From Octopus sinensis (Eukaryota): 64,000 nucleotides of DNA. The position numbers and the translations under genes are program-made. Each line of letters opens with the position of its first letter. Within the stretch, counting starts at the first letter, position 1. The stretch lies in contig NC_043013.1 of the NCBI RefSeq assembly GCF_006345805.1, forward strand, positions 54,002,001-54,066,000, in the 5' to 3' direction. The notes beneath the pieces were generated by a model. That model did not search any database. It was given only the letters and a program-made list of their open reading frames with translations, and had not been told where the DNA came from. This document shows, piece after piece, positions 50,999-63,769 of this stretch.

Positions 50999-53900
50999 TA
51001 GATAGCAAAAATTCTATCCTATTTGATGTGGATATAGTTTAAAAACACTATAAAACTGCATTTGTAATGAGAAAGTGTCTTGTCTAGTGCTAGAAGCACA
51101 GAATATCAACAGCAGACTAAAAATTGTGGAAGTGCTAGACCATGAGATTTTATGCGGTTACTGTTTGTTACTAATTTTGTTTCCATTGCTAATAATTAAT
51201 TTTTACCTGGTTCAATAGTTAATTGCAACACTATTTTTCTATACATTAGTGTGGATGAAATTTGGTTAGTATATGGTGATAAGAGATGCACGCTGCTGAT
51301 GAAGTATAAACATGCTGAAATCCTGTGATCTGAACCACTGGTGTTGGACATGCTGTGCTCACTGCTGATATTCTATGCTTTTCAGCACTATGTGTCTAAA
51401 TGAAATGCTTTCTCAAATACAGCAGTTTTTAAAGTATATCCACATTAAGCAGGATATAAAGAGTGCTGTTTTTTCTAATACTGCTTCTGACTCTAATAAC
51501 TAATGTGTGTGTGTGTGTGTGTGTGTATGACTGGATTGTTATGAGTGAAGCTCTTTTGATTATAAGTGAACTGGATCAGTGCTGACTTGGGGCTACACTA
51601 TAGCAGCAATAACTAGGAACTGACTCATTTCATCTAAGAAGGAATTGGTCAATCAGTGTGTTAGTAACAGAGGAATTGGATTTCCACTGGGATAGAGCAA
51701 TTGTCTGTGTTGTCGTTGATTAGTTATTCTGTGTTGATCCAACTGACCTCCAAGATCAAAGATATTCCAGTAATGTCTTGGCTGCTATTTCTTGCAGATT
51801 TTGTAGCCACATGCAGTATTCATCATTGTTATTGTTCTTTAGCCTCAGGTCAACTCTGATCCAGGAGACTATTGATTACAGGTATCCTATCTATGACTGT
51901 CTCATGGTTTATTTTTCAAGCAATGTAAACTCGTGACTATGTTGTCCAATGTGTCTTTAAGTAACACCTAGTTGTGTCCCACATGGGAGTCTGGCTATAA
52001 ATAAGATGAGGTTCTTATTATTGCACTGTAGGATGATTCTAGTTGGAATGTTTTTGAATGACTGGATCTCTTAATCTCTATATGTGCATGTTTAGTGTAA
52101 AATTAGTTATATCCAAATGGCCAATGAAGAGATGGCAGTATCATCATTATTTAATGTCCATTTTCTATGCTTGCATGGTTTGGATGGTTTGACAGGAGCT
52201 GGCAAGGCTGGAGAGCTGTACCAGGCTTCACTGTCCGTTTTGGCATGGTTTTTATGGTTGGGGATGCCCTTCCCAATGCCAACCACTTTACAGAGCATAT
52301 CCGATGCACTTACATGGCACTGGCACCAGTGCTTTTTACACGTGACACTGGCACCAGTGAAATGAGCCAATGAAATTAAATTTGAAGTATCTTCCATGTA
52401 GAGTGATACCATAAAAATAAAAAAATAAAAAACACCAAAACCTTTGATACATTTATACGGAGAATTTATAGAAATATTTTCATGTAATTGAAATTCTATC
52501 ATGAAGGAATCTTAGAATGTGTAAAACAATGTTTTCGGAAGTAGACATAATATTTTCTTGTCAACAACAAAAACTTATAATTAAGTCTTCATACACTTCA
52601 AATTATGAAACAGAAAGGAAAATATTTGATTTTGGTTTTGAATTTAATAAAAATAATCTCTTTCTTTAGTGAAATATCAAGTTTGCTCTTTTTCTATAAA
52701 AATAAGTAACATATCTTCTGTAATATTCACTATTAAAGCATTCGATGAACTAAAAAATAAAGATCATATAAAAACCAATTTAGAAAGAAAATTCATCTAA
52801 CATAAATTTTCAAATATTTTAAAAGAGGTTTTAATATGAAAGTCCATCCGTGTAATGGCTTCCCTCATAAATGCCTGAAAGTAAACAAACTTTTACAGCC
52901 ATTTAAGATTTACAAAAATAATTTAAATATTAAAATCCAGAAAACAATGTGTGTTAATCAATTTGTGACAAATTACAAAACAAGTTATTTTATTGAAATT
53001 TGCATTTCTTTCATCCCACCAACGTTTTTAATTTATAAGGTATTAAATCCAGTCCTTTAAACCATTAAATTAAATTTTGTCTATTATTTGCATTGTTTTG
53101 TTTCCATTTTTCTTTTTCTTCTGTTCTACATTCATAATGTAATACACTGTGAACATAGAATTTCAAATATTAATCACTCCTCATGTGTCAAATTTCAGAA
53201 AATTAAGCTTTTAACTGACAGTTTATATATCCAATGTTATGTTTATCAACTTCGGCAACATTGGCAATTAGGATTCTAAGCACTCATTATCCTCCATCCC
53301 CACCTTATTGAAAGACTCGTGTGTATTTTTTTATCGGAAAATAACATAAAGTTACTTTTTAATCAATATGTCTACCATAGGTGTTTATTCCCTTATCAAA
53401 CTGAAACAGACTAGATATTTCAACATTTGTTCTTCTCAAAGTCCAGCTACATAGTTACAGTGCCATACAATTTCATAATTGTTGAAGTTTTCAATTTGAA
53501 TCCCCTGTGTGTATGTGTGTGTGTAAATAAATGACCTAAGAGCAGGGGTTATGTAATCCCATTCAATGGTTTACAGCAGTTTCCACAGTAAGGAAATGCT
53601 CACCTGAAGTGGATGACAGTGTAATAGCTTAAAACTTCATCAGAGCCTTAACATGAAGTATATAGTGAGGAAAATGTTTAAGTATATAGTCTCACACACA
53701 TATACAAGGTGCGATGGGTAAATTGTTGCCATTTTGTATTTTCAATTTTCCGCATGCACATTGTTTTTGATTTTGTCAACTACACAGTATAGTAGGGTCA
53801 GTTGGGCACCATTTGTAAGCAAAACAACACCATGATGCAATTCACCCTGTCAGGAATTTGGAAACCACATGCTATACTGCTTGGTATTCACACCGGAAGT

Positions 53901-54173
53901 GCCATTACGAAGATTTTAGAGTGTTTGGATGTCAATATATTTCGCATACTTAAAGCAGAAATCATCATTAAGCACAAAATATGTAATATTGTTCGCGGTT
54001 GAGAGCTGAGAAATAGTTTAACTACATTGTAACTGTTTTGAAATTGGAAATTTCTTTTGATACATATAATAAACCTATAGAAAAACAAAATATTTTGTGA
54101 TATCATTTAATCTTCAAAATATCTCAAGTGTGAAACTTCTGCTGCAAAAATTTGTCAATTTTTCAAAACTTAC

Positions 54174-54288
54174 CCAATCCACAAGATTTGCTACAAGGGC
54201 CCCACGATGACCAAGTTGAAAGTAAACAGTTCTCATCACAAGGAATTTCACAAAATTCTTGTAACTTAAATTTTGGTTTTCCTGCGAC
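54174..54288 (-). CDS. THSD7: THSD7-like exon (phase 0-1)
   Basis: tttcatcag|GTC...TTG G|gtaagt. Translates VAGKPKFKLQEFCEIPCDENCLLSTWSSWGPCSKSCGLG, a canonical TSP1 start. Confidence 0.93.
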
Positions 54289-54499
54289 CTGATGAAATAA
54301 AGACAATATGAATATATATAATATATTACAGATACACACACACATACATAAAAGGAATACATGACCTAGTGATTAGGGAGTTGATCATAAAATTGTTGGT
54401 TTGATTTTTCGACCTGGAGCTGGGTTTTGTTCTTGAATAAGGAACCTAGTTCAATGTTGCTCTTGTCCATTTGGGTAAAAGAAAAAAATTGTACCAATA

Positions 54500-54911
54500 G
54501 GCTAAGGAGTGGCTGTGTGGTAAGTAGCTTGCTTACGAACCACATGGTTCCAGGTTCATTCCCACTGCGTGGCACCTTGAGCAAGTGTCTTCTACTATAG
54601 CCTCGGGCCAACCAAAGCTTTGTGAGTGGATTTGGTAGACGGAAACTGAAAGAAGTCCGTTGTATATATGTATGTATATATATGTGTGTATGTTTGTGTT
54701 TATATTTGTGTGTCTGTGTTTGTCCCCCCAACATCGTTTGACAACCGATGCTGGTGTGTTTACCTCCCCGTAACTTAGCGCTTTGGCAAAAGAGACCAAT
54801 AGAATAAGTACTAGGCTTACAAAGAATAAGTCCTGGGATCGATTTGCTCGACTAAAGGCGGTGCTCCAGCATGGCCACAGTCAAATGACCGAAACAAATG
54901 AAAGAGTAAAG
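54500..54911 (+). mobile_element. tRNA-derived SINE, family A, near full length
   Basis: Same head and core as 1424-1762, plus the 3' end ggcggtgctccagcatggccacagtc. Confidence 0.88.
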
Positions 54912-55599
54912 AGAATCTAGTACCAGAGTAGTTTCATCTTTCTCACATTGTGGATGCTTTACCAGGTCAGCAATGGTAAGGTTGACAGGGGTTTCCCCTT
55001 GACTACTCAGGCACCTACAGCCATTTGTAAAAGCATTGTGCATGCTACCCAATCATACTTCCTTCTAACAGCCATAGCATATATAATCCCCTTTTACACG
55101 CATGTGCTTCTCTATGTACAAACACACACATAAATAAATGTAATCATATACAATCTTTTGTGCATAAATTCGTGTGTGCATGTGCACGCATGCACGCACA
55201 CATGAACATCCATTTAAAATTTGTCTTGTTTCAGTATTTCTTAAAGGTCAGATATTTTGTATTTGATACAATTATGAGTGCTAAGAGAAATGGCAGCATC
55301 TCTGACATTTTCATGCACTCCCAGAAAAGTGAGAGCAATGTAGTTAATGTTCAGCTTGAACTTCTGCAGGAATAATGGTTTTAGAGAATTCTCTTAAATG
55401 ACAGGTACATAACTGAAGAATTGGGCATTGGATGGGTTTGGACATGGACAGTGTGAAACTAACAAGTTTGGAGGAACAAAAAATCCATTGCAATAGTGGC
55501 AGAAGGGAGCTGCAGAGACATTTTGGTGGAATCAGTTGGTCCTGTATAATGTGGAGTCTGTACCAGTAAAGTATATAGTCTTTTTTCTTGTTTGCAGTC

Positions 55600-55632
<33 letters not shown>

Positions 55633-56819
55633 CTTTCTCTCAATTATGTATTAAGCATGCATACAACACACACATGCTCTGTGTGTTAACACTCTCCCAG
55701 TCATATAAGCACTAGTCTATTGCTCATAGTGAATTCTATGTACGGTCAAAAACTGGTTGTGGCTGGAGTATTTTCTGATAAAATTTTGGATGTAATTTTG
55801 GCAATAGTTGAGGTTACCATAAAAAAATGAACAGCTGAAATTGTAAAACAAAAACATTTATGGTGGTTTTTTGAAGATTTGTTAGTTGTTTGATGAGAAA
55901 TACTGTACTATCTATCATTTTAATATATCTGTTGCACGCTTGTACTTTCATAGTGCAGATTCAACTAAATGGTTCATAAAGGAATTCATAGGTAGAAGCA
56001 TTCTGAAATTTTTGATATTATTGATGTCATGATGATGATGACAAAATGTGAGATGTGATTATGATTAAATTGATATCTATCATAATTAAAATGTCAGAAG
56101 GACTGCTTAAAAAAATGGTCTGGGTTAAAGAATGGGATAGTATGGTTGTGGTGAAGTAGAGTCTTAAACTAAAGAATCATCTCACTGTTCATTGAAAGAC
56201 ACATAACCAAGAAGATGACTAGAAGAAAGACTGGTGAAAGAGGGAGAACAAGCATGAGGGAGAAAGCACACATGCACGTGTGTATATATTTCCCATATGT
56301 GTAACAATGTAAACATATGAAGATGTAAAACTTAGTACTTTTTGAATGTACTCTCTTGTGATATTTGTTTTGCACTGAGTTATAGGTACTCCTTTCACAT
56401 TTGCTGTCAAAAATGTTGTGAAACAACTGTTCACCAATTGTAATATAGGAACACATAAGATTAAAAACAAACAAAAAATCAAATCCGAAAAGAAAATTCA
56501 CAGAAACACTTAAAAGAATTGTTTGAAATGATGATTTTTACTTGAGAATGAAATCAAGCTAAATTGGAACCAGCTGAATGATGACTAATTAGCTGTACAA
56601 AATTGCAAAGGTACAAAAGAAATCTTTTTTTTAAAATTTGTTAGTGATATAAATTCTATAAAAACTGTTCATGAAAAGCAACTTTTGCAACATCCAAGAC
56701 AGACACTGAAAATCTTAGATAAAAAGAAAATTGCACCAAAACCTCTGCTGAAAACTGAGTCATGTTTTAGCTTTGGTTTATACATTTGAGACAAGTCATA
56801 ATATAAAAACTTAATATGT

Positions 56820-57048
56820 TTCTTTGCTACCCACAAGGGGCTAAACATAGAAGGGACAAACAAGGACAGACAAATGGATTAAGTCGATTACATCGACCCC
56901 AGTGATTAACTGGTATTTAATTTATCGACCCCGAAAGGATGAAAGGCAAAGTCGATCTCGGCGGAATTTGAACTCAGAACGTAACGGCAGACGAAATATG
57001 GCTACGCATTTCGCCTGGCGTGTTAATGGTTCTGCCAGCTCGCCGCCT
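56820..57048 (-). mobile_element. tRNA-derived SINE, family B (Nin/Deu-like core)
   Basis: The minus strand reads ggcggcgagctggcagaa...gagttcaaattccgccgag..gactttgcctttcatcctttcggggtcgataaa. Other copies lie at about 21651-21846(-), 26911-27118(-) and 27613-27812(+). Confidence 0.8.
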
Positions 57049-57596
57049 CAGTTATACCAAATATGTTATACCAAATATACCTTAGTTATACCAAATATGG
57101 CTAATCAATTCTTCAGTTTGATAAACCCTATATATTTCCAGTTTGATTATGAAAGGATGTATCTCTACCTAAAATGCTTTTGTTTCCACTTTGAGTTTGG
57201 CTGTTATTTAATTACTGAATGTTTTAAAAAAATATCTATTATTCTTTGTGAAGCCCAAAATTTATTCGTTGTCTCAGACTACCTTTTGAGCCAAGTCTGT
57301 TGGAGATCAACCTTCCAGGTATATGATACACCAAACAGATACAAACAAGGCTCTTTTATTTTCATTGTGTAAAAGAAAAAAAAGAAAAAATTAATGATAT
57401 TGTCCTGTTAAAGTTGTTGATAATACAAACATGTCATCATAGCGGAAGTAATTTATTTGAGTATATTTTATATCTAGGTTTGATGAGATATATTTCACAT
57501 GATATAGATTTAGTGGAATCTCATCAACCTGTGGCAACTGAGCTGATAATCATAGACAAAGATAATGATTAATAGTAGCAGAAAGTATTTCCTTAC

Positions 57597-57869
57597 TTCA
57601 TAGCAGTAGTGACTCCTCTGTAATTTTCCATAATAATCAGTACACATAATAAAGCGCTCTCTTTTGCCAAAACCACAGGGTTCTTCTCCATCTTTGACCA
57701 TACAGGATGTCCATTTTGAAACGTTCCAAATAAATTCCCTGCAGTTTTTGCCTTTAATGCAATAAAGTTCTTCTCGGAGAGATGGGCAAGGATAATGGTC
57801 TCGCCTATATTTATCTGGTTCTCGTAAAACTTTTCGTGTTCTCCACTGAGTTTGTTGCCTATTGCAGGG
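57597..57869 (-). CDS. THSD7: THSD7-like exon (phase 0-0, 273 bp)
   Basis: ttttgttttag|CCC...GAA|gtaagg. Translates PCNRQQTQWRTRKVLREP...CPSLREELYC...WNVSKWTSCMVKDGEEPCGFGKRERFIMC...HYCYE, in frame with the neighbouring exons. Confidence 0.92.
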
Positions 57870-58489
57870 CTAAAACAAAAGGGGAAAGTAAAAATCAGTA
57901 AAGTTTCAATTCTAAAAAATAAAAAAAGGGAAAAAAAAAGCCATTGCAATGAAAATGTTATATTTCATAGAAGAATAATCATTGTGGTAATTATATTTCA
58001 CGACTGTTAAAATAAATACTTAAAAAATTATTTGCCATATCTGAAATAAGTTTCTGAAAAGTAGTTTAGTAAAATGAAAACTTTTCTGATTTATTCTTGT
58101 AACTCAGTTTCCTTGATTTAAAAACCAATTTTTGGTTTGTAAAGTAAGTGGAATCATCATCATCATCATAAACTTCAGCAGCAGCTTTTCAAGTCTGTAT
58201 TCTCTGCTGGCATAGGTTGGATGGTGTAGCAGGATCCGTTGATGTGACCCAAGGACTGCATTATACTCCAATGTCAGCTTTGGTATGACTTCTATGGCTG
58301 GATGCCCTTTCTAATGCCAACCAATTTACAGCATGAAGTGGGTCCTTTTTTAGTGTCACCTGCACAATTGAAATCTCCATGCAGCTTGCAGTACAACAAA
58401 CTTTGGAAGAGGTAGGGAGGAGTAGAGCAGGTTCTTGGAGAGGATCTGCATGGCTATTCACATCTAGTAGTAAAATGGAGAGAGAATAT

Positions 58490-59082
58490 TTCAATTCAAT
58501 TCAATTTTTATTGGCTCAAAAAGCAAAAGCAAGGCCATGTAGGGGGACAGGGAGGGTGGTCATACAAAGAGTTCAGGCCGTTTCTGGTCAAGAGAGACTT
58601 TGAACCGAATGGTCGTCGGCATCTTCACTATCTCATCCGGCATCTTATTCCATGGATCCGCAACCCGGACCGAGAAAGCCCCTCTCCTTCGATTGAGATG
58701 AAATCGCCATAGATAGAGCTTTTCGGAGTGACCCAGCAGCCCACGCTCTGGAGCAGGAGTGAAGAACTGCTCTTTCAAGAAGTTACATTTTCCACTTATA
58801 ATGCTGTGAGCAAGAATGAGATCACTACGGCAGCGGCGTTTTTCGAGAGAATAAAGGTCGAGTGTCTTCAGTCTTTCTTCATAAGACAAATGCTTGAGAC
58901 AAAGAACCATGCGGGTAGCCAGCTTCTGAACTCTTTTGAGATGATATATGTCTTTGAGGAGATAAGGAGAAGAGGCTTGAATCCCGTACTCCAATATGGG
59001 TCTCACCAGCATGACATAAAGCGGTAGGAATATGGCTGCTGTGAGCATTCCGAATGACCGTCGAATCAAAAACAGAACTCCA
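58490..59082 (-). mobile_element. CR1-group LINE 3' fragment, same family as the 32-kb copy
   Basis: Contains LYVMLVRPILEYG...RVQKLATRMV...YEERLKTLDLYSLEKRR and ends in a (TTGAA)n tail. Confidence 0.88.
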
Positions 59083-59964
59083 TAGGTGCTTCAAAAGATA
59101 GATAATAGTGATGAGGTCTCCAGGGGGTCCCCACAAGGTGAGCAGACAGTTTGCTAGATTGTATGGGAAGGACAATGAAGGTATGAGAAGGCAAACTGCC
59201 AAAATGCATAGGATGAAAGGGTGGATAAAGTAAGAACCATGAGTTGGGGGGGGGGATATAGAGGGATGCAGAAGAGTGGTGGTGGTAGGGAAAACAACAG
59301 GAGGAGTAACATTGATACAGTTGTTGGGGGTGGGTGGCAGATAAGAGAGAGATGACATGGTTGAGTTATGAGCAAAAGTTGAATGGTTGAGGGGAGAAGA
59401 AGGCTTACCACACGTAATCACTTTATTTTGTGTTTGGCAAAAATATTGCTCTAGCATGGTCAACTCATTTTATCAAATTATGAGCAGCAAACTACAAAAT
59501 ATAACTTTTAAAGTTCTTTGTTGCTGAAGATTCTGAAATCTCATTGATTCATATCAGACTTTTCCAGCTAACTTTATTTACATGGTTCAGAATTGACCAT
59601 TTTCCTCTCAGGTCAACTCAGATATTTGTTTCTTTTGATTAGAAACAATCAAATTAGAATCCCAAGATTACTGTCCATCCATTTAGTTTTAGGAATTCTT
59701 TCCAATAAATTCTGCCCAAATTTAAATGATTAATGCCTGTGACATAAAACTTAACAATTGCTTCACAAAAATTATGAAAGAAAAATATTATAATGGATTA
59801 ACATTTTGAAAAATGTTTTGTAAATAACCATTTTCCCTTACATTCTGTATAAAAAAAATTTACTGACATATTTTCATGCATAGATGGAAAAAAATGTATA
59901 TCAAGTTTTGAAAAACTTTTAGTTTTTATATATTGTCTGAGCCTCACTTGACATGACCAATATA

Positions 59965-60356
59965 TCTATATCTATATAAAGCTGAAGTTGTCTGTGTGTG
60001 GCAGGTTTGGTAGCCTTCAACTAACACTATCTCCTCCGAGATCCTGTGGTGCAAGTTGACCAAAATTGAGAGTATGATAGAAGAAGGCTTGCTCTTCTTT
60101 CCGTGGAAGAAAAAATTCAAATCGGACCATGTTAAGATAAAAAATTATTTACATCAAAAAGGTGCTTTTTTTCTATGAAATTCCCTATCTTTTACTTTTT
60201 CTTGACTGCTGTGTCGCCATTTTTCGGTGTATTTCAACCAGAAGAATGTTCACTTAAAGAGAATAAGAAGCTACATAATACAAAATTTTTATTTTTCAAA
60301 AATTCCAATTCTAAAGGGTCGAAACAAACCCTAGCAACGCCAGGTGATACTGCTAG
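59965..60356 (+). mobile_element. Non-autonomous Helitron
   Basis: Starts A|TC(tatatctatataaag) and ends with a hairpin remnant ccctagcaacgccagg followed by CTAG|T. Confidence 0.7.
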
Positions 60357-60371
60357 TATCAAATAGAGATG

Positions 60372-61290
60372 AAGCAGTATCAAAAGGTTTGTGGACTAGT
60401 TATGTTTAATAAACAATAACGTATTTATCTAAGTCATCTCCTTCAAAGTAGTCACCTTGCGCAGCAATAAACCAATCCCAGCATTCCTACCATGTTTGGA
60501 ATCCAGCCTGAAAGTCATTTTCCCTAAGAATGTCAAAGACCATCTGTGATTCGCTCTGTATCTTGACAATGGTGTTGAAACAGCAACTTTTGAGCAGCAT
60601 TTTCATCTTAGGGAAGAGATGGATGTCCACACGTGCTACATCTGGCAAATAGGGTGGGTATGGAAGCAATACTATGTTGTTTTGGGTGAGAAACTCATGA
60701 GTGAGGAGAGCTCAGTGACAGGGGGCACTGTCATCATGGAGAATCCAATTATTCATGCTCCATAGATCTGGTCACTTTCTCTGAATGTCCTCACTCAAAC
60801 ACTTCAAAACATCATTGATTGACCTCTGTTGATCTTCATGCACAAGCTGAGGAATTTTCTCCACATTTACAGGGTTGGGGGTGGGGGGCGCTTGTGGCAG
60901 GTCTTCCAGATCGCTCATCATCTTTCAAGGATGTTTTCCCACTTTTGAAGCGCCTGTGACACTTGAAACATTGTATATGAATCACTGCCTCATCCCCATA
61001 AGCATGCCAAAGCATGCTCAATGTCTCTGTAGCAGAGTTCCCAAGTTTAATGCAAAATCTCATGCTGGCTCTTTGTTCCAACTTTCTGTCCATGACAAAA
61101 TCACAGACTACAGTATACATGTGACCACAAAACACAAATTTCACAACTTGTGAAGTAAAATACAGCAATTCCACTCAGCACATTGCCCCATAGATGTCAC
61201 TGCTGGCTCTCACTGTGCATACAACCATGTGCTGCCATCTGTTGGCATGTTACAGAACTTGTCCAGGAATATTTTGATACCACCTTTGTA
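60372..61290 (-). mobile_element. Decayed, internally deleted mariner, same family as the 45.6-kb copy
   Basis: Contains EQRASMRFCIKLGNSATET...DDERSGRP and PYPPYLPDVARVDIHLFPKMK, with TIR remnants gtatcaaaa...ggact and gtccaggaatattttgatac. Confidence 0.82.
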
Positions 61291-62078
61291 CACAGTGTAA
61301 AGACTATCATCTTGAAACCACCTTTGAAGTTTTGGTGGTTGTCAGAACAGAAAGGTTATGCTGAATTGGTCAGCAGGAGGTCCATTGGAATGTCCAAAAA
61401 CAAAATGAAAAGAAAGAAATATTGAAGAGAGAATTGTGACTCAAATACTTTAGAATTGATGATGAACAGACTTAGAATAAGGATGTATGGAACTGTGTTT
61501 GAAAATCATCATCTTTCAGACATCAATGTGTAATATATGGACAACATCTGAAAAAGTAGTGTTGTGTGTGCTTAGATTTAGGGAAACTGTGTATTCTGTA
61601 GAACTCTCTCTCTGTGATATTTATGTAAGACTTTTTTATACAAATATATAAGGTATTTATTTATATATGTATCTATCTATCATGTTTATATTGCAAATCA
61701 CTTTAAAGTTTGGAGTTTCAAAGGAAAATGTGAACATACGAAATCTCAAACATCAAATTCTGAATATCTGTCAGTTAATAAGTTTTAAATCATTCCATTC
61801 CTGTGAGTTGCATTTTATTGGTTTTCAGAATCCTTTTCAAATGAATTACTTCCCTAAATATCAAATGTGTAAAGTTCACCTGATATTAATGTTCCCATTA
61901 ATAGCATCATCTTCTTCGAAACATTACTTTAGGTTATGATATCTATTTCCCACCACTGACTTTCTTCAAAGGTTTTCTGCTCAAACCACTTCCAAAGGTT
62001 TTTAAATTTTAATTAAGCCAAAATAAATACAAATATAAAAAAAGACAAGTGAAAGAAAGAAAGGGCTGTGTTACTTAC

Positions 62079-62232
62079 TACATCACATTTTGTCCACTCA
62101 GACCATTCACTCACAACACATTCCCTAATACATGGAGTACTGCAAATACGCTGTTCAGCAGGTTTTGGAATCTCATCACAGTAAGAGTCTTGCAGTGATA
62201 TGCTTCGAGACAAATCTTCCTTTTCAACACAC
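62079..62232 (-). CDS. THSD7: THSD7-like gene, first exon visible in window (internal, phase 2-0)
   Basis: Acceptor ...aaattag|G and donor GTA|gtaagt. Translates CVEKEDLSRSISLQDSYCDEIPKPAEQRICSTPCIRECVVSEWSEWTKCDV, containing the TSP1 WSxWxxC motif. Confidence 0.9.
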
Positions 62233-62404
62233 CTAATTTAAGAATAGGAAATGATAAAACAAAGTGAATCAGTAAAATCAAAACAAAGTCTACAAATTAT
62301 GATGCAGTAAAAATAAAAGCAAAATAATGGCTGATGTTTAAAATATTTTCTTAAATCATTTGTTGTCTTGATGAGATCATGTAATACTCATGGGAATATG
62401 GTAC

Positions 62405-62691
62405 TAGAGCTGTGGAGTCAGAGTCGTGGAGTTGGAAACAATTAAGGGGTAGCTGAAGTCGGAGTCGGTAAAACTATACTGACTGATTCCGACTCACAAT
62501 ATCTTTATTCTTTAATATAAACCATTTATGACATATAGGCCTACACAAAGTACAAGCGTATGCATATGCTTTGAGATATGTAGACCACAATCCCTGAATT
62601 ACATAAAGAGGAGTCAGTCAGAGTTGGAGTCAGAGGTACCAATTTTAGAGGAGTCAGAGTTGAAGTTTTTTGTTTCAACTCCACAGCCCTG
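62405..62691. mobile_element. hAT-type MITE
   Basis: TIRs tagagctgtggagt/actccacagccctg, an exact 8-bp TSD TATGGTAC at 62397-62404 and 62692-62699, and internal GGAGTC repeats. Confidence 0.85.
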
Positions 62692-62958
62692 TATGGTACT
62701 AAAGCAAACCCTTTGTTGAGCAGCCTTTATAATTCTACTGTAGTAAACCTGTTGAATATTTTTTAGCCAGTTAATCAGCTGCTTAGATTATATATATATA
62801 TGTATATGTAATATATATATATATATATTATATTAAATTAGAGATAAAACCACTATTAGGCAAATCATACGATGAAAAACTTAAGCCAATACATAAGATT
62901 ATTTAATTTATATTATTTAAATATATAACAAAATTATTAAAAAATATAATTAATATAA

Positions 62959-63022
62959 CACTACGATCGTTTCATGGCTGTTAATTTCTTTAAATTTTCG
63001 AGTTACAGTCATTCATCAGGTG
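62959..63022 (-). ncRNA. Type I hammerhead ribozyme
   Basis: CAC CTGATGA ATGACTGT...ACAGCCAT GAAA CGATCG TA GTG, with a palindromic stem III and GUA cleavage triplet. Confidence 0.75.
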
Positions 63023-63051
63023 GTTTAAATATTTAAGTTAAATATTTCAAT

Positions 63052-63114
63052 CACCTGAAGAATGACTGTAACTCGAATTTTTACGAATTGGACAGCCATG
63101 AAACGATCGTAGTG
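63052..63114 (+). ncRNA. Type I hammerhead ribozyme (N7=A variant)
   Basis: CAC CTGAAGA ATGACTGT...ACAGCCAT GAAA CGATCG TA GTG. Confidence 0.75.
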
Positions 63115-63573
63115 TTATACTAATTATCTTTTTTTAATAATTTTGATATATATTTAAAATAATATAAATTAATTAATCTTATGTATTGGCTTAAGTCTTT
63201 CATTGTATGATTTGCCTAATAGTGGTTTTATTTCTAATTTAATATAATATAATATTTTACTATAAAATTGAATTCAATCCTAAATCTGATTTTTCCCTGT
63301 AAGTTTGGATTTATTCCCTAATATTTTATTATTAATATATATATATATGTATGTATGTATGTATGTATATGTATGTATATGTATGTATGTATGTATGTAT
63401 ATGTATATGTATGTATATGTATATGCATGTATATGTATATGTATGTGTATGTATATGTATGTATATGTATTTATATATATATATGTATTTATATATATAT
63501 ATATGTATATATAGATATGTACGTATATATATATGTACGTATATATAGATATGTACGTATATATATATGTACG

Positions 63574-63632
<59 letters not shown>

Positions 63633-63660
63633 ATATGTATGTAAATATATATATATGTAC

Positions 63661-63704
<44 letters not shown>

Positions 63705-63728
63705 GTATGTATATATATATATGTATGT

Positions 63729-63769
<41 letters not shown>

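Larger units (their letters stand above)
62826..63335. mobile_element. Diverged hammerhead-bearing inverted-repeat element in (TA)n
   Basis: About 62826-63040 and about 63041-63251 are imperfect reverse complements. The right arm continues about 85 bp into (TA)n/(TATG)n. Confidence 0.8.

Noticed and set aside
56219-56482. Minus-strand ORF between THSD7 exons as an extra exon
   Set aside because: It has no TSP1 pattern or convincing splice pair, and the flanking exons already join in phase (CYE|VAG).
45640-61290. Two oppositely oriented mariners as a composite transposon carrying THSD7 exons
   Set aside because: Both are heavily decayed with different internal deletions, and the enclosed exons are collinear with the rest of the gene. 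Independent insertions are the simpler explanation.
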